Source of the DNA: Carcharhinus amblyrhynchos
Lineage: Eukaryota
Length of the DNA: 64,000 nt
Assembly (NCBI GenBank): GCA_965287045.1
Contig: OZ336897.1
Coordinates: 5,890,001 to 5,954,000, forward strand
Direction: 5' to 3'
Under the pieces are notes generated by a model that was given only the letters and a program-made list of their open reading frames with translations, searched no databases and had not been told where the DNA came from. A program made the position numbers and the translations under genes. Numbering within the stretch: position 1 is the first letter of the stretch; every line of letters starts with the position of its first letter. Below, one piece after another: positions 26,111-39,794 of the stretch.

Positions 26111-27324
26111 ATAGAATAATTTTACACCACATTTGAAAAAATCTCCCCGCTCTGCCGTGGTCATTACCACTTGTGTATCTACCACGCCTATTGAGTCTCG
26201 GGGTGGAACTACTTGAATAGAGGTTATTTGGGGTCAACTAGCGAGGTTAAGACTGTGGGTTACCTTCAGTACTTTATTTTTAAAAATAGTTGTGTTTGCT
26301 GGGGCTATAACTATTTGGCTGTTTGATTTGATCATTTGAAATATAACACATATAATACAAGCGGGATAGATTGGAAGATTTCAAAGGGACATTCTAATAA
26401 TCATAGAATGAAGGAAGCTATTCGGCCCCTTCTGCCGGTGTCGGCTCTCATTCTGCTCAGTAATATTAAATCCCAATATATTCCTCATGGTGTTAATTAC
26501 AGGGACCTTTCCTACTGCAAGTTTAATACAGGTTACACCGTTTTTTTTCAGTTTCAGTCAAATTATGCCGAGATTATCACAACTGCATCCAATTTGTGTT
26601 TTTCAGACCGTGCTTGCGACCTAGTTATCTAACCACAAATTAAATTAGTGGCGTACAATAGTTAATACAGCCCACGTTTTCTTTGCAATTAATCCGAGAT
26701 CGAAAGAAATATGATTACATGCACTAATATTTCAATCTGAACACGCTTCTGAACAGCAGGTACCGTGTTGTAGCAAGCCTGCTGTCTTAACAAGGTGCCT
26801 GAGAATTAGAAAGCAAATTGAAACTTTTCCAATTGCTCTTTGCACACAGACCATGGGCTCAAATTTGCAAACTGCGCAGAAATAAGGATCCATGTGCATC
26901 TGTCACCAGAAATATTTAGCTATTATCTTAATGCATGCTTTAGATGGAATTGTGGCGAGTTTGAGACAGAATGGACAGCCAAGTTCAAGTGCAAGTTCGT
27001 GGGCTTTATTGAGAGCTCTGCTCCTTCCAGTCTCGGGCCTTTTGTCTGCCCCAACAATTGCTCTTTATTCCTACCCTGTACTTGGCACTGCCTGGGCGCC
27101 TGTGCATCAAACTTAAAGCGCACTGTTGTGGTTTTGAGACTCAAAATATGCTCTAGTCGAAATTTCTGCCATAATCATATACGTGCGCCCATTTTAGCCT
27201 GATTGGCATCGATACATGACTAAAAGACTCAACACATGGGAGCAATACGGTGCCGGGATGTGTTTTGTTTTCTTTTAGAAAAAGAGGGGTGGGGGTGGGG
27301 GCGTTGAGTTTGGTAACTTTTCAG

Positions 27325-27421
27325 TAGCAGCGGAGACGAAAGATCCGTAAACTTGAACAACTTATGCATATTGGAAGAAAGCGAATCCTGGAGGGATCTA
27401 CATTTTGACCCCGAAGACAAG
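27325..27421 (+). other. Candidate non-coding exon
   Basis: Weak acceptor CTTTTCAG with tandem CAG/TAG/CAG and strong donor AAG|GTAAGG; only a 14-codon ORF. Confidence 0.25.
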
Positions 27422-30400
27422 GTAAGGAATGTCTGTCTATGTACTTGTTAAGGCTGCTGGCTTTTGGGATGGGTTGGGAAGGGGTGGGGGAGGGAAGTGT
27501 TGAGGTCAGAGACGTTGCCGCTGGTGTGGACATTGAGAAGTCGAGCTCTAAATGGCTATGTTGTGGAATGTTGGTGCTTGCTGGCATTTGAGAGGGAGGG
27601 AAAGGCATGTCCAATTTTTGAATAAATCAGAGGTCATTGGCGGTTGCTATCTGGGTAGTGACATCGTTTGACCCGACACAAACCTCCAGAGCTAGGACTA
27701 TTAAGTGGTCCACAATGAGGTTGCCTCTGACACAATGCCCTGAGCTGAATTGCTAACCTTTCGGCGCAATGTCACCTCAGCCAGCCGTCCCCTGACTTCG
27801 AACATGGATTTGTTAAGCAGTGTCATTGCTGAATCGAATAATCCGTTTAATCGATTACTATTAACCCTACAGTTTTTTTTATAAAAATAGACCAAAGGCA
27901 AATTTCGCCAGACAAGTTCATACATAAATCACAAGGGACAGTGCTGGGAGGAGGTGACATTTAAGCTCATTTAAGGCATTTCCTTGACCCGTGACTTAAA
28001 AACGGAACATTTTTTTAAAGTTACAATTGTACTATTTATTTTGCAGATTAATTATCTTTGACTGACAACTCAAACTGAGTCAGACAAATCCTGATAGAAC
28101 AAATTAAATAGAAAATTATTCTAAGTAACCTGGGGATTGTAACATCCAGTGCATTACACAGTCAGTTTGGTAGGGCAACGCACTCACTGTACCTATGTAT
28201 TTTGCAATAAGTTAAATTACATTGATATCATTTTCCTGTACAAAATAGGCCATTACTGAGCTATTTCCAACTGCCATGCTGTCGAAACTGTGCTGTTATA
28301 TTGACATTTAAAGTTATGAGGGACTTTACACCGCACATGTATTGATAAACTGGCTATTCGTTATAAATTCCCCGAACAGATCCACCATATAATTTAGGTT
28401 TTGACTCGGTCAACAGATCAATTAGTTATATCGCATTGGAATCATCTGGGCAGAGATTAAACACGGACTAGGGGTCCAGGACAGCTCGTGCTTTTTTTTT
28501 AACAAAGGTCACGGCTACTGAATGGAGTTATTCTGCCAACAGCTTTACGTGTCAGGGATGTTAGATAGCTTAGTTGTATCGGAAATGGATTGAAAGCCTA
28601 GGGTTTATCCTGTGTTCGCTAATGGGCAGGTCAGAAGTTAGCAAAGCACCGAGAGGCGACTGACCACCAAGTGGCTCAATGTCCGACTGTAACTTTGACA
28701 CTCCGTTATTCCCTGGAAGAGAGAGAAAGCGCATTTTAGGCAGGAGGACTTTCCGTAGCTTTATTTTTTTTCTGTGGGATTTCAGGTAATTACCAGTGAA
28801 AGAGTCCCTTCTAACATCAGAGTCTGCAATGAATCGCTAAATGACGACGGGCAAATTACTTCAAAATGTTTGACCGGTGTTGTGAATAGCGAAAGATGAA
28901 ATAATACAAAACACTCCCCTCCGATTTTCTAAGTTTCGCGCCGTTTAGGTATCGTTTATTTGCACAAAACAGTTCGGAGGGAATGCTTGTAACCTGGGAA
29001 CAGGGAATGTGTGTCTGTGTGTTGTGAATGAATGGAATGGACTGGAAGGGGGAGGGGAGGGGAAGGGAAGGGGGGGGTAGACAAAACTCTTAATTCTCAG
29101 ATCATGAACTGGCGATCAGTCCCCGCCACTGCTGTTGCAAACCGAGGGATAGATTTAAAAGAAAATGGCTTGTGAAATCCATATACTTGGAGGCGAAGCA
29201 AGGCGAGTGACGGTGTTTCCTGCGAGATATTACCGCACCCCCCCCCCCCCCCCCCTCACCCCTCCACGTTTCTACCATTGAATGGACAGCGAATGTACCG
29301 GATTGGTTGAGTCGGGTCTGAACCACGAGTTTCTGAATACGGCGCCTGGCTTGTTCGCTCTCAGGCGGGAGGAATGAGAAGCGGATTTGCAATTGGGAAG
29401 TCGTCGCCCCCCGCCCTCCCCCCCTTACCTCCTCCCCACCCTCCTCCCAAAAGGCAGACGGAAGGGGGTTGGTTATTTCACAGCCAGCCATTTTGTATTA
29501 CGGTGCACATTTCTGTCTCCGGCTCTCAATTCGCCCTTAAACGCAATCTTAAAGTTGTGAATGTAACAAACTGGAAATAGACGCAAAAAAAATCGCTTGC
29601 GCAATGCAATCAATGAATGTATGAATGAATTAATGGGATGTTTGTAAACGCGGTTTCAGCATCAGCCATCTCAGAGCTGGAATTTTCTTTTGTCAACATA
29701 TCAAAGAGTGTAATTAAATAAATCATTCTTCCCAGCTAGACTGTATCACCAAAGCATCGCCCGATCTCCAAATGCGACCAAAGATTCGGAAATTCGACTG
29801 TAACTGGTGCCCGGGTCAATTTGCCTTTCTCTCTCTCCCTCCGCCCTTATTATTATTTACTCCATTTAGATCAGATTCTTGGAGATTCACCTTTATTGTA
29901 ATATTTACGTGATCGGAATATGAAAAGCCCATTTCAAGAACATGGCGTTGCGGATTCGGAGCTTCCAGGGACTGAGATCTGACATAAACATTTCCAGCAC
30001 AGTAAATAAACAGGGACATCAAGAAGAAGAAAGGGAATCAACCTTTTCGGTTCTTTGTGGGGAATTATTCACTAAATCAGAAGGGATTCCAAGCTGCCCC
30101 AATGCTCCTGAAACCCCCCCCCCCCCCGCCCCCACCTCCCGCCCCCGCATCCGGGCGACCCGGCTATTGCGGACTATTTAGTGGCAGAACCATATCTTTT
30201 ATACGGTATACTTTACATGATATAACTTCAAAACTTCAGGAGTTTCATACTGAAAGAAAGTAAGAAATTTTTCACCCCTCTATCAAGGCAAACTAGACAT
30301 CCAATTTGCTTCCAAATTTCCCACAGCAAAAACTACATTAAGAGGCAGGATATTTCTCAAACTGGTCGGAGCCACGCACGGGGCTTTCCGGCATCTTTAA

Positions 30401-31034
30401 TAAGTTCCAGTGTGTTTATGTAAACCTGGAAAACAGAATAGCAGAGAAAGACGTTGTGACTGTTGAAGCAATTTGGCCACTTGCTGAATTTTCGATTGTG
30501 TACGTATGCGGATAACAATAAGGTGGAAAATAATTGCCAACGTCCTTTGGTCTTTATGACCAGGCTGAGTAACATTTTCCTCGCTTTTAGCCACGATCAT
30601 TAGGACAGGATTTCAAAAGAAAATGCAGAATGGCTTGCAATGTAAACAATTGGGATTTAAACTTGAAGATTTTTTTATGCTGTCGGATTGAATATTACTT
30701 TTCCATGTTAAAATCTGGGCTGTACTCTTTTCTAGTTGAACAAAAAACATATTTTACTGTCAAAATGCGAAAACCGAATATCAGGACTGGGTGGCGCCCC
30801 GCAGAAAGTAGAAAGATCACGTGATTCCGGCAGGCATGGTTAGCAGTTGTTAACCTCTTTCGGTACAGAACATTGTCACAGGACTAATGTACCCATTAAT
30901 TTATATGTAATAAGAACTCGGAATACAAATCCCATCAACCCAAATCCAATGGAACTGACATTAATGGTAAAAGATACCATAGGAAGGACAGTCTGCCCTC
31001 ACTCCCATTGTAAAATCCATAAGCTGCTTGGGCA

Positions 31035-31205
31035 AGGTTAGGTGCATTGGCCATGCTAAATTCTCCCCCAGTGTAGCCGAACAGGCATCGGACTGTGGCA
31101 ACTAGGGGACTTTCACAGTAACTTTATTCCACTTTAATGTAAACCTACTTGTGACTAACTTTTTTTGTGACACTAATTATTTGTGACACTAATTATTGTG
31201 ACACG
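31035..31205 (+). mobile_element. 3' half of HE1-type SINE, alternative tail with slipped end repeats
   Basis: GGTTAGGTGCATTGGCCATGCTAAATT...CTAGGGGACTTTCACAGTAAC; repeated TTGTGACACTAATTA. Confidence 0.8.
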
Positions 31206-31284
31206 CACTATTTTTAAAAAATGGTGTAACCCATCATTCACACAAGCTGATCCTAAATTTCACTCTTTACAAAGCTTATAACCA

Positions 31285-31600
31285 AAGAACCCCTGCAGCG
31301 CAGAAGGAGGCATTTTGGCCCGTCGGGTCTGAAAGATTATCTTATCCAGGCCCATTCCCACCCTATCCATACACCCCCTGCACATTTATCATGGCTAATC
31401 CACCTAATCTGCACACCTTTGGACACTAAGGGGAAATCTACCATGGACAATCCATCTCACCCGCACATCTTTGCACACTAAGGAGCAATTTGCCATGGCC
31501 AAGCCACTTAACCTGCACATCTTTAGACTGTGGGTGGAAGCCCGAGGACACCCATGCAGACACAGGGAGAATGTGCAGACTCCACATTGTCACCCGAGGC
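31285..31600 (-). mobile_element. HE1 SINE with internal 52-bp tandem units
   Basis: ATGG..AATCCACCTAA..TGCACA.CTTT units start at 31391, 31443 and 31495. Confidence 0.85.
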
Positions 31601-32659
31601 CATGCAACCACGTTACTTCATATCTGCTCAATACTCATCAAACCATTACAGTAAAATGGGTGCCAGTGCGACTACTCCGACCAGATTAAATACTCTGATC
31701 GTAAAACTTTGGCATTCTGCTAGAATGAATAAACACAGTAACGAAAAGAAGAGGGATGGAATTTGAGTTCCTAAAGCAGTAACAATTACATTTTAATGTC
31801 TCTCATAGTCTCCAGCAACATCGTGGCCATAAACATTTAGATGATTGAGAAATAAGGAGGTGAAAAATAAAATGTTTTAAATGATCCTGTATGGGTTCTT
31901 TCCATCTAAGAACCAAAAACTCTGGCCTCGCTGAACCATTAGTAGGTTGACTTATTCTCTTCCATCTTGCCGTTCTGATCCTGATATTTCCGCTGGCTTG
32001 GGCTAGATGCAAATTTTACACAGTTGATTTTCCTGAAAATTTGGAGGAATTTGTGTTTTTTTTTAATTTCACATGATCATGACGGATAATGGGTCATTAT
32101 AAAATTAGAAACAAAAAAATACTGATTAGTTGAGATGCTGAAAATTTCAATAAAAAAATCCCAGATAATTCCTGAAGTAGGCAGCGGGAAAATCAACTTT
32201 TGAAATACTTAAAATGGGGTGAGGTTTCGGTGTTGAAGGGTTGTGCTGAACTCTGTTAGTCGATGAAGAGGCCCATTGGTTTGACCAGTAGTTATTTCCT
32301 TTCTCTTTTGTCCAGTTTTCATGCAAGTTCTCTCTGAACATCCGCCACCCACCCCCCCCCCCCCCCCCCCCCCCAATCAATGCTGAGACTGCCACTATGA
32401 TTCCAAAATGGTTAAGAAGTATACAATATGGTGAAAACACCTTAGGAAATAATTCCGGTAAGTGTATATGACCTGAGATACAGGAATGGAGGGTGCCGCT
32501 TTAACCCTATTCTCCAAAGTGGATTCTACGCCCCCACCCCCGCCCCACCCCGCTGCTTCAATGCAAAACACATCACAACAACATGCTGTGCAAGATGGAA
32601 TAAAATCACTTCATGTTCCATATATATATAATTTCCCTTCCAATACTTAACTGCCATAT

Positions 32660-33010
32660 GTATGATTTCATTGAATTTTTATCCTGTCATTGCAAATTTA
32701 CCTCGAAAGAAACGAGATTGTTTGGAGAGGGGATTTCTTCCTTGTTTATGTGCAGAGGTTGGAAGAGGCACAGTGTACGTGCGTGCTAAGTGTGGGCGCT
32801 CCATTAACAGCCAGTGCTGCGTGTTCGGCTGCAGTCATTGTGCCCGAGCTAATGCACCTGCTAGTCTGATTACATTTGAGCGCTGTGTACAGTAACTCAA
32901 TAGCGTTCCCCACAATGCTGTCTTTAGATCAGCACAATCCTCCTTTTTCTCGGCACTTAGACCCATGTTCTTCAAAGCAAATTGCCCTTTCTATAACCCA
33001 TTTACAACCA
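32660..33010. promoter_or_regulatory. Candidate conserved non-coding element/enhancer
   Basis: Unique block with Sox (CATTGT, CACAATG), homeodomain (ATTA/TAAT) and ATTGCAAAT motifs; conservation not tested. Confidence 0.35.
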
Positions 33011-35045
33011 ATTGCACACACATCTGTTTTCCCCCCTTGAAAAAAAATCTCTTTATGAAGCCCGATCTGTAAACCTAGCACCTTCTCTCTCATTTAACTC
33101 GTTGTCCAATTTACAATAAACAGATATTAGAGCGATCCAAGTCAGTTTCACAAAAGAAAGTTATTGATTTCCAACACCCATGTATTTATAAGGCTGATGG
33201 CTATTACTGCGATGTCAACAACGTGACGAATCATTGGTGGCTGTATATAAAATAGCACAGCGTCATGATGAAGGTTATATTTAATACGTGATAAGAGTTT
33301 GCTTTAATTTTCCACATTATCAGTGGGATTACTGCCTTAATTTATCCTCTAAAAATTAACACGGTTAGTGTTTGATTTACACCTTCTCGTGTAACGCCAA
33401 ACGCGAGACAGTTGTCTTGAAAACACCTTATGCATTTTTCAATCCACAGTCCCCTGGTGTGAGGCCCAGATTAACATCTTGCCTCAGTCTGTGACAGAAC
33501 AATTCATTGTTGGTTGCGTTTCTCCTCTTGGATAAATCCTACACGGAGATTATTAATAAAGGAGTTTTCCCAATATAGGTGGCTTGTGAATAATGCAATA
33601 TTCCAGATTCATAATTTGGTGAAGGGGTGGATTGTCACGACCGCCAATCAACAGAATGTTCCGGAATCACTGACTTTTCAGAGTTAATTTCTATTTTTTT
33701 TGCTCTCTAAATCCGGATCCGGACCCTGTAAGATCCAAGCTTTTGCTCCCGGCGTTGACAGATTTCCACCATCTGCAATGCGATCCCACACAAAGTTATT
33801 CCAGGAGTGATAGGAGAAAATGACAGACCGAATTGACAATGTGCGATTAAAATAAGCTGCATTTGGACAGTTTTTACATCCAAATGGATGACTCAAACGC
33901 ATAAACCTATGCTTAGACTAGTAAAATGGAAGATTAGACCCAGCGTGCTACTAAAAGATGTATTAGGATAACTGAAATACTGAGGTATTCAGATTATTAT
34001 ATTGCAATCCCACTTTTAGAGATGCGTGCATCAGTTTGAGTGCTTATCAATTTAGAATTTGATTTTTTTTGCCTTTAGCAATAAACAAACGGCCAAATTA
34101 TCCCATTAACTGTGGTGAGTTGTTTAAACTGACTTAATTTATTTTGATAAATGCAGATTATATATAAGAGATTATAATAATGGGTGAATTTTCTTAATAT
34201 AATTAGCTTCAATTATCATAGAACGCCACTTCTTCAAATGAACTGTTCCCACTTTGAAAGAAGCAGGGTCTTCTGTAAATCGAAGCCATTGAAAACGTAC
34301 GATTTATTACCAAATTTATATTAAAGTTCAGGTGTTCCAAAGTTCAATAGGTGGCACATTAACGAAATAACTGGTTGGGGCCCAAATAGGGGGAAAACAG
34401 GCTTGGAATATTGCATCATACCAATCAGTATAAATATTGGAGGAAGAAAGTGATTTTGAATATATCTGTGCCAACCGAAGAATTAATTTTGTAGGTAATA
34501 ATAACCTTTCCGACATTCGCAATATTCTGGCAGTCAGGGTCCCACTTACAGAACAGCCAAATGACAATGCAATCAATTTAAGTGATATCTGGGTTCTGAT
34601 GTAATTCAGCTGACACAGTCGTGTATTTTCTCAATTGGGAATTATCTGCAGCTGAAGAACATGATATCATTTCTTTCGTGGAAAAAAAACACCGCACATT
34701 GAACAGAACCAAGAAAAGATGAAGAAACATGTCCAATATGACAGGGCGAGATGAAGTCAGGTGGGCAGAGGCTTACTTATAGCAGAATCGCTGCCATTGG
34801 CCTTTTGGACCAATTTACCTATTCCCAAGGTGTGAGTACCATAAAATTTTAATTGGACGTGCCAATTCGATTGACAGTTACCTGACACCAAACATTAGTT
34901 TCCAAAGCCAATGGATTAAGGGAAGCAAGGAGTTCCACAGTTTGAAGTTATAGATAATATTTAGAATACCATATAATAAGAAGGAAAATTGTCAGAAGGA
35001 GCACAAATCTGAGCAGAGCAAAGAGTGAAAAAAGGAAATAGATAG

Positions 35046-35203
35046 AAATAGAAAATGCTGAAAAATCTCTAAAGTAGGGTCACCCAGACTCAAAACGTTG
35101 ACTCAATTCCTTCGCCACAGCCGCTGTCAGACTGGCTGAGATTTCCAGCATTTTCTGTTTTGGTTTCAAATGCCAGCCTGCGCGGGTTTTTTTTTGCTTT
35201 TAT
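35046..35203 (+). mobile_element. Penelope-like family B fragment with short inverted 5' arm and decayed hammerhead core
   Basis: 35046-35069 is approximately inverted to 35138-35160; CTAAAGTAGGGTCA...ACTCAAAACGTT resembles CTGAAGA...GAAACGTT. Confidence 0.65.
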
Positions 35204-36339
35204 CTAACATTTAAAGAAGTGATTAAGGATGCAACAAAATGATGTGGGAATCGGGCAAGTGAAAGGATTCGCGAACTGCGTTCAGGGAGTAGGATGTTGG
35301 TGAGATCCAATCTTGCTTCGGCACAGCGGCTGGATGACTGGCTTGGGAGATCTGATAAGAGTCACCACCTATATTAAACACCAACGCTTTAAAAAGCTTT
35401 TACAATTTTAGCTGAATGGTTGAAGTGATTGTCAATTCTCACTAACAGTTGAACCTTATATAGAAATTTGAAGTAACCAGTTACTTCGCGTGGACAATGA
35501 GCTCATGGCGGGACCACATTTAGAATTCATAAGCCTTGAGCAATGTTAGACATTATTATAAAAATTTGGAAGATGCATTCGGAGATGGCAATTAATTTCG
35601 GGGTCAATTGACTGATCCTGAAACGAATTGGATCAATATATGTCGTTAAGGAGACTGAGGATTGCATGGACATTGTCAGTGATTGTTCTTTTCACGAAAG
35701 GGGTAATCTATGCGAAGTGGATTCGACAAATCAATTTGGCCTTTCTCACTCTGAAATTTATGTTTTAAAAGAGTTAAATTTACCGAATTGTCTGAAAATC
35801 TTTTAAAATTGCACTGCATTACACTAGTGGTGTGAGGATGAACCAAAGAATCTACCTCCATGAGATTGTCTTATTAGATTTTTCTGTTTGGATAATTTTA
35901 TATGCCTGTACAGTGTGCATCAACACGAAGCTGAAAATTTTTCAGATTGTACATTGTAATTGCCCTACAATATTAAGTTATCTAACAGATAATTGACAGA
36001 ACTCTTCATTTTTAAATGCGTAGGTTTTAATGAAAAGGAAGAGTCTTTTTTTCCCTGAATAGTGGTTTTAATTTGGGTCCACTTAATAGCCACAAATGCA
36101 AATAATTCTCCAATTTGCCCTGACCAAAGGTACTTATCGAATGAATGTTCAGAAGTGGGGGCTGCTAACTTTGACTATATTTTTACAAATCTTTAACGTT
36201 ATCCCAAGCAAAGCAGACAGTTGAAGCATGGATGGTCAACCTAATCCGTACATTACACCTTCATTTGCACTCACTGATCCATGTTTATGTTCCATCCAGG
36301 CCCGCCTACTCCAAAACTTTCCTAACTGACCTCCTATTA

Positions 36340-36805
36340 AATGTTGCACACACCCTAAACTCTGCAGCTGCTACTCTAACTTGCAATATGTTCTGTTCAC
36401 TTATTACCACAGTGCTGGCAGATCAAGTTTTAGCTTCTATTCTAGAAATGTCTGTGTTTTAAATTCACACCCTAATTTTCCAATTCCTTCATGGACTCAT
36501 TCCTTCCACATCTGTAATTTAATCCAGCTGCGCAAACATCTGAGAACTCCAATTTTGGCCTCGTGTGCATCCCTGATGTCCTGTCTTTTGTTGTGTAAAC
36601 CCTGAGCTCCGAAATTTTCTCTCTAAACATCTCAATTTCTCTCATCTAGCTTTAAGAAGCTTCATAAGCCTACCTCTTTCAGCAAATGTTTGGCTACCTT
36701 TTTATATGGTGTAACGTCGTTTGTTGCATGATAACGCTCGAGTGAAGCACTATAGGGTGTTATATTTTGTTAAAGGTGTTACATATGTGAAAGCTGTTAT
36801 TATTG
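36340..36805 (+). mobile_element. L2-like LINE 3' end
   Basis: CCTACCTCTTT...TTTGG...TGATAACGCTCGAGTGAAGCAC...GTTAAAGGTG tail, shared with 41200-41356 and 59750-59976. Confidence 0.6.
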
Positions 36806-39794
36806 GTCATTGTCTAGCGACCGTGACCAGGTTGATTTCCCTCTCCCCTTCCTCTTCCTCGGGATTCATGACATAAACTAATTCAGAAAAGACTAGAAAT
36901 CAAGCGTGGACTTCCTCCATTCTTTTTTCTATTTCTACAATCGCAGTTCAGCCCCTACCGCAACATTAAAACGGTTCTTTTACAAAGCATCAAATTATAT
37001 CCTCTGTGACTATGATCATGATAGCAGGTTGACAATGAATCTTGGCCCAGAAGTACATGCTGCATTAAATATGTCATTGTCCAAGGTGATATGGTTTACA
37101 AGTAGTACTCAGGCGGTATCATGAATGACACTTCAACATATAGAGCACATGGGAATCCATATACTGCAGATTGCATACCATACATTGTAATCTTACATGT
37201 ATCAATTTTCTTTGAAAATCTATATTAATCGTAGCACATGATCTGCATGGAAATTTTGACGCTGCTTGGCATTGTATGTCTGATATGACGTGTAATATTT
37301 GAGTAAAAAGTGCTCATTGGTGCAAAGAAGCATTTAATAAAATATATTTCCGTAATTGCATTGCAATGTCATTGCATGGATATTGGCAGACCTCACACGT
37401 TCATTAGTCAGGTGAGCCAGGCAAGTGAGTATAGAGTGGAAGTGACTTGTTGGGGGTCAAAACAACCAATTCTATCGTCAGCTGAAGTCCCTGCACATAA
37501 GTACTTTCCAGCAGGTCGTGGCCCAGACACGAGGTCAATGCTGCTCAGGTTGAGAGCAACTAAACTCAGAACAAAGTGGGGATCAAGTCTTGTGACCCTG
37601 TGGCCTGTATAGCTCAGTATTACGCTATTACTTGCTTAATCTAGTAAATTGTCAGAAGAATTGATACTTGCTTCCGAATAAACAATATTCTCATAACTAC
37701 AAGAATCATATATTTCACAGACTTACTCACCTGCCCATATGCAATAAGAAAACTAATGAAACTGCATCTGAAGTGAATGAATGAGTGCAGTGAAGACCTG
37801 CTGTACCTTTCTTTTAATAATAAATTTCGTGAGAATTCATAGTTCAAACTGAAGAGTGTAAATGTGGAAAAGAGGGCGAGGCAAATCAAGATAAATACTT
37901 TTACTTATAGAATGTTCTTGTATATCAAAGGTCTTGAATAGTATGGAAGTACAGATTCTCTTACGTAGGTAAATAAACAGCTAATGTTATGCACAGCAAG
38001 TAATCACTTGCACTTGCATACGTGGCTAGCTGAATTAGCATTTGCCCTTTTTCTGCTGTTGGTTGAGGGAGGAATTGAGCAGGACATCCGAAATACTCTC
38101 TGATCGTCAAACAGTTCTATGGAATCTTTGAGATTCAGCAGAACAGCATCTGTGATAATGGAATTTCCCTCAGTACTGTGCCGGAAGATTGGCGAATAAT
38201 AGATGCTTTGGTCCTGGAGACATTTAAAGTCCCACCTTCTAAATGCAAAGCACTGACTGAATAACAAAAATACTCGGGTTTAGAAGCCTGATGTTTCTAA
38301 GGATTTAGGAAAAGTGAAGAAGGCATCGTTTTAAAGTCCAGAGAAGGAACAATGTTTGAGTAGGAAATATTATAATAACCTCAATATCAACACATTGAAA
38401 ATAAAATTTGGAGTATTTCATGCTTGAAGTAAGAGAAAGGTTGGAATAAAAGAAAGGTTGGGAATAACTTAATTAAATGTTTTGAATGGTTCACACAGAG
38501 AATAATTAATATCTTGGAGCCAGTTGCATGTAATGTAATTTAGGGTTCATATGATTTTTAAAATAAATGTAGGAATAAAACTTAAGCAGCTTTTCTATCA
38601 GATCCTTTTTCAACTCTTTCTCTTCAAATGCACTTCGTTCTTTCATTTCTGGAGTTGGGTTCAACTATACTTGAGTGATGAGGTGAATGTCTTTGCTCTC
38701 TGATGACCATAAAGGGTGGATTTGACAAGGTCTAACTACAAAACTGCCTTGAACTTGGTCATTTTAATCCAATAAAACATTAAATAAAAGGCATTGAGAC
38801 AAAGATTGATTCAAATCATCTATTGATGCTGAACTTTCAGACAAATCATTGGAGAAGAACTGTATGTGCTTGATACTTGACTGGAGCTTGATAGTACAAA
38901 ATCTTAGCAATGCATCTGTTAACTGTATGGTCTGTCTTAATGCCTCCATTGGCTCTGTGCTGCCAGACAGCTTTTCCAACACACAGCCCTTAACCAGATG
39001 CACTTGCTTCAGTGTTCGTTCTTTCATTGTCTTTGGGTTCCAAAACATATTCTGCACCTTTGTCATTGATTCAATTCCCCTGCTTGGCCACAGTCTCAGG
39101 TTGAAGTATGTTGTGTGCATCTATTTAACTCCAATTTTCACCTTTCCATCCCATCGTCTTTCCACCATCAAGACTTTCCCCGCCATAATATTGTTTGCCT
39201 TTGTGCCTGCCTCAATCTATCTGCTGTTGCAACTCTCATTCAGTCACTTTTCACTTCCAGATTGAACTGTTCAAATAATTTCAAGGCTGTCTAACCATCT
39301 TCCATCCTCCGTAAGCTTCAGCTGATCCAAAGATTTGCTATCAATATCTTATCCCTCATCTAATCCCATTCAGCATCATTCTTTGCTGATCTCCATTGGC
39401 TTAGAAGTTACGGTGCAGAAAAAGGCCATTCAGCCCATTGTGTTTGTGCCAGCCATAAGAAAAAGAGATATAAAAAATAAACTAGCTGCTCATTTTAATC
39501 CCATTTTTTCAGCACTTAGTCTGTAGCCATGCAGGTTAAAGCACGTTAGATTCAGGCCAGGCACCTTTTTAAATTAGTTCAGCATCTCAGTCTCAACCAG
39601 TAACCTAGGTAGTGAATTCCTGATATCCACCGCCTTCCGGGTGAAAAACTTCTCCGCACATCCCTTCTAATCCTTTTACCCATCAGTTTAAATCTATGGC
39701 TCCTAATAATTGATCCCTCAGCTAAGATTTTCTTCTCTATCTACCTAGGCCCCTCACAATTTTGTACACCTCAGTCGTTACCCCTTAACCTCTT

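Noticed and set aside
28662-28677. CTCF-like GACCACCAAGTGGCTC (also AGCGCCTCTAGCG near 16685)
   Set aside because: Partial matches that cannot be separated from background without PWM scoring
33221-33270. TGACG, ATTGG and TATATAAAA as a core promoter; ATGATGA as snoRNA box C
   Set aside because: CCAAT-TATA spacing too tight; no box D or terminal stem at a suitable distance
35312-35328. CTTGCTTCGGCA resembling the U6 5' end
   Set aside because: Only about 11 matching nt with no extension; expected by chance
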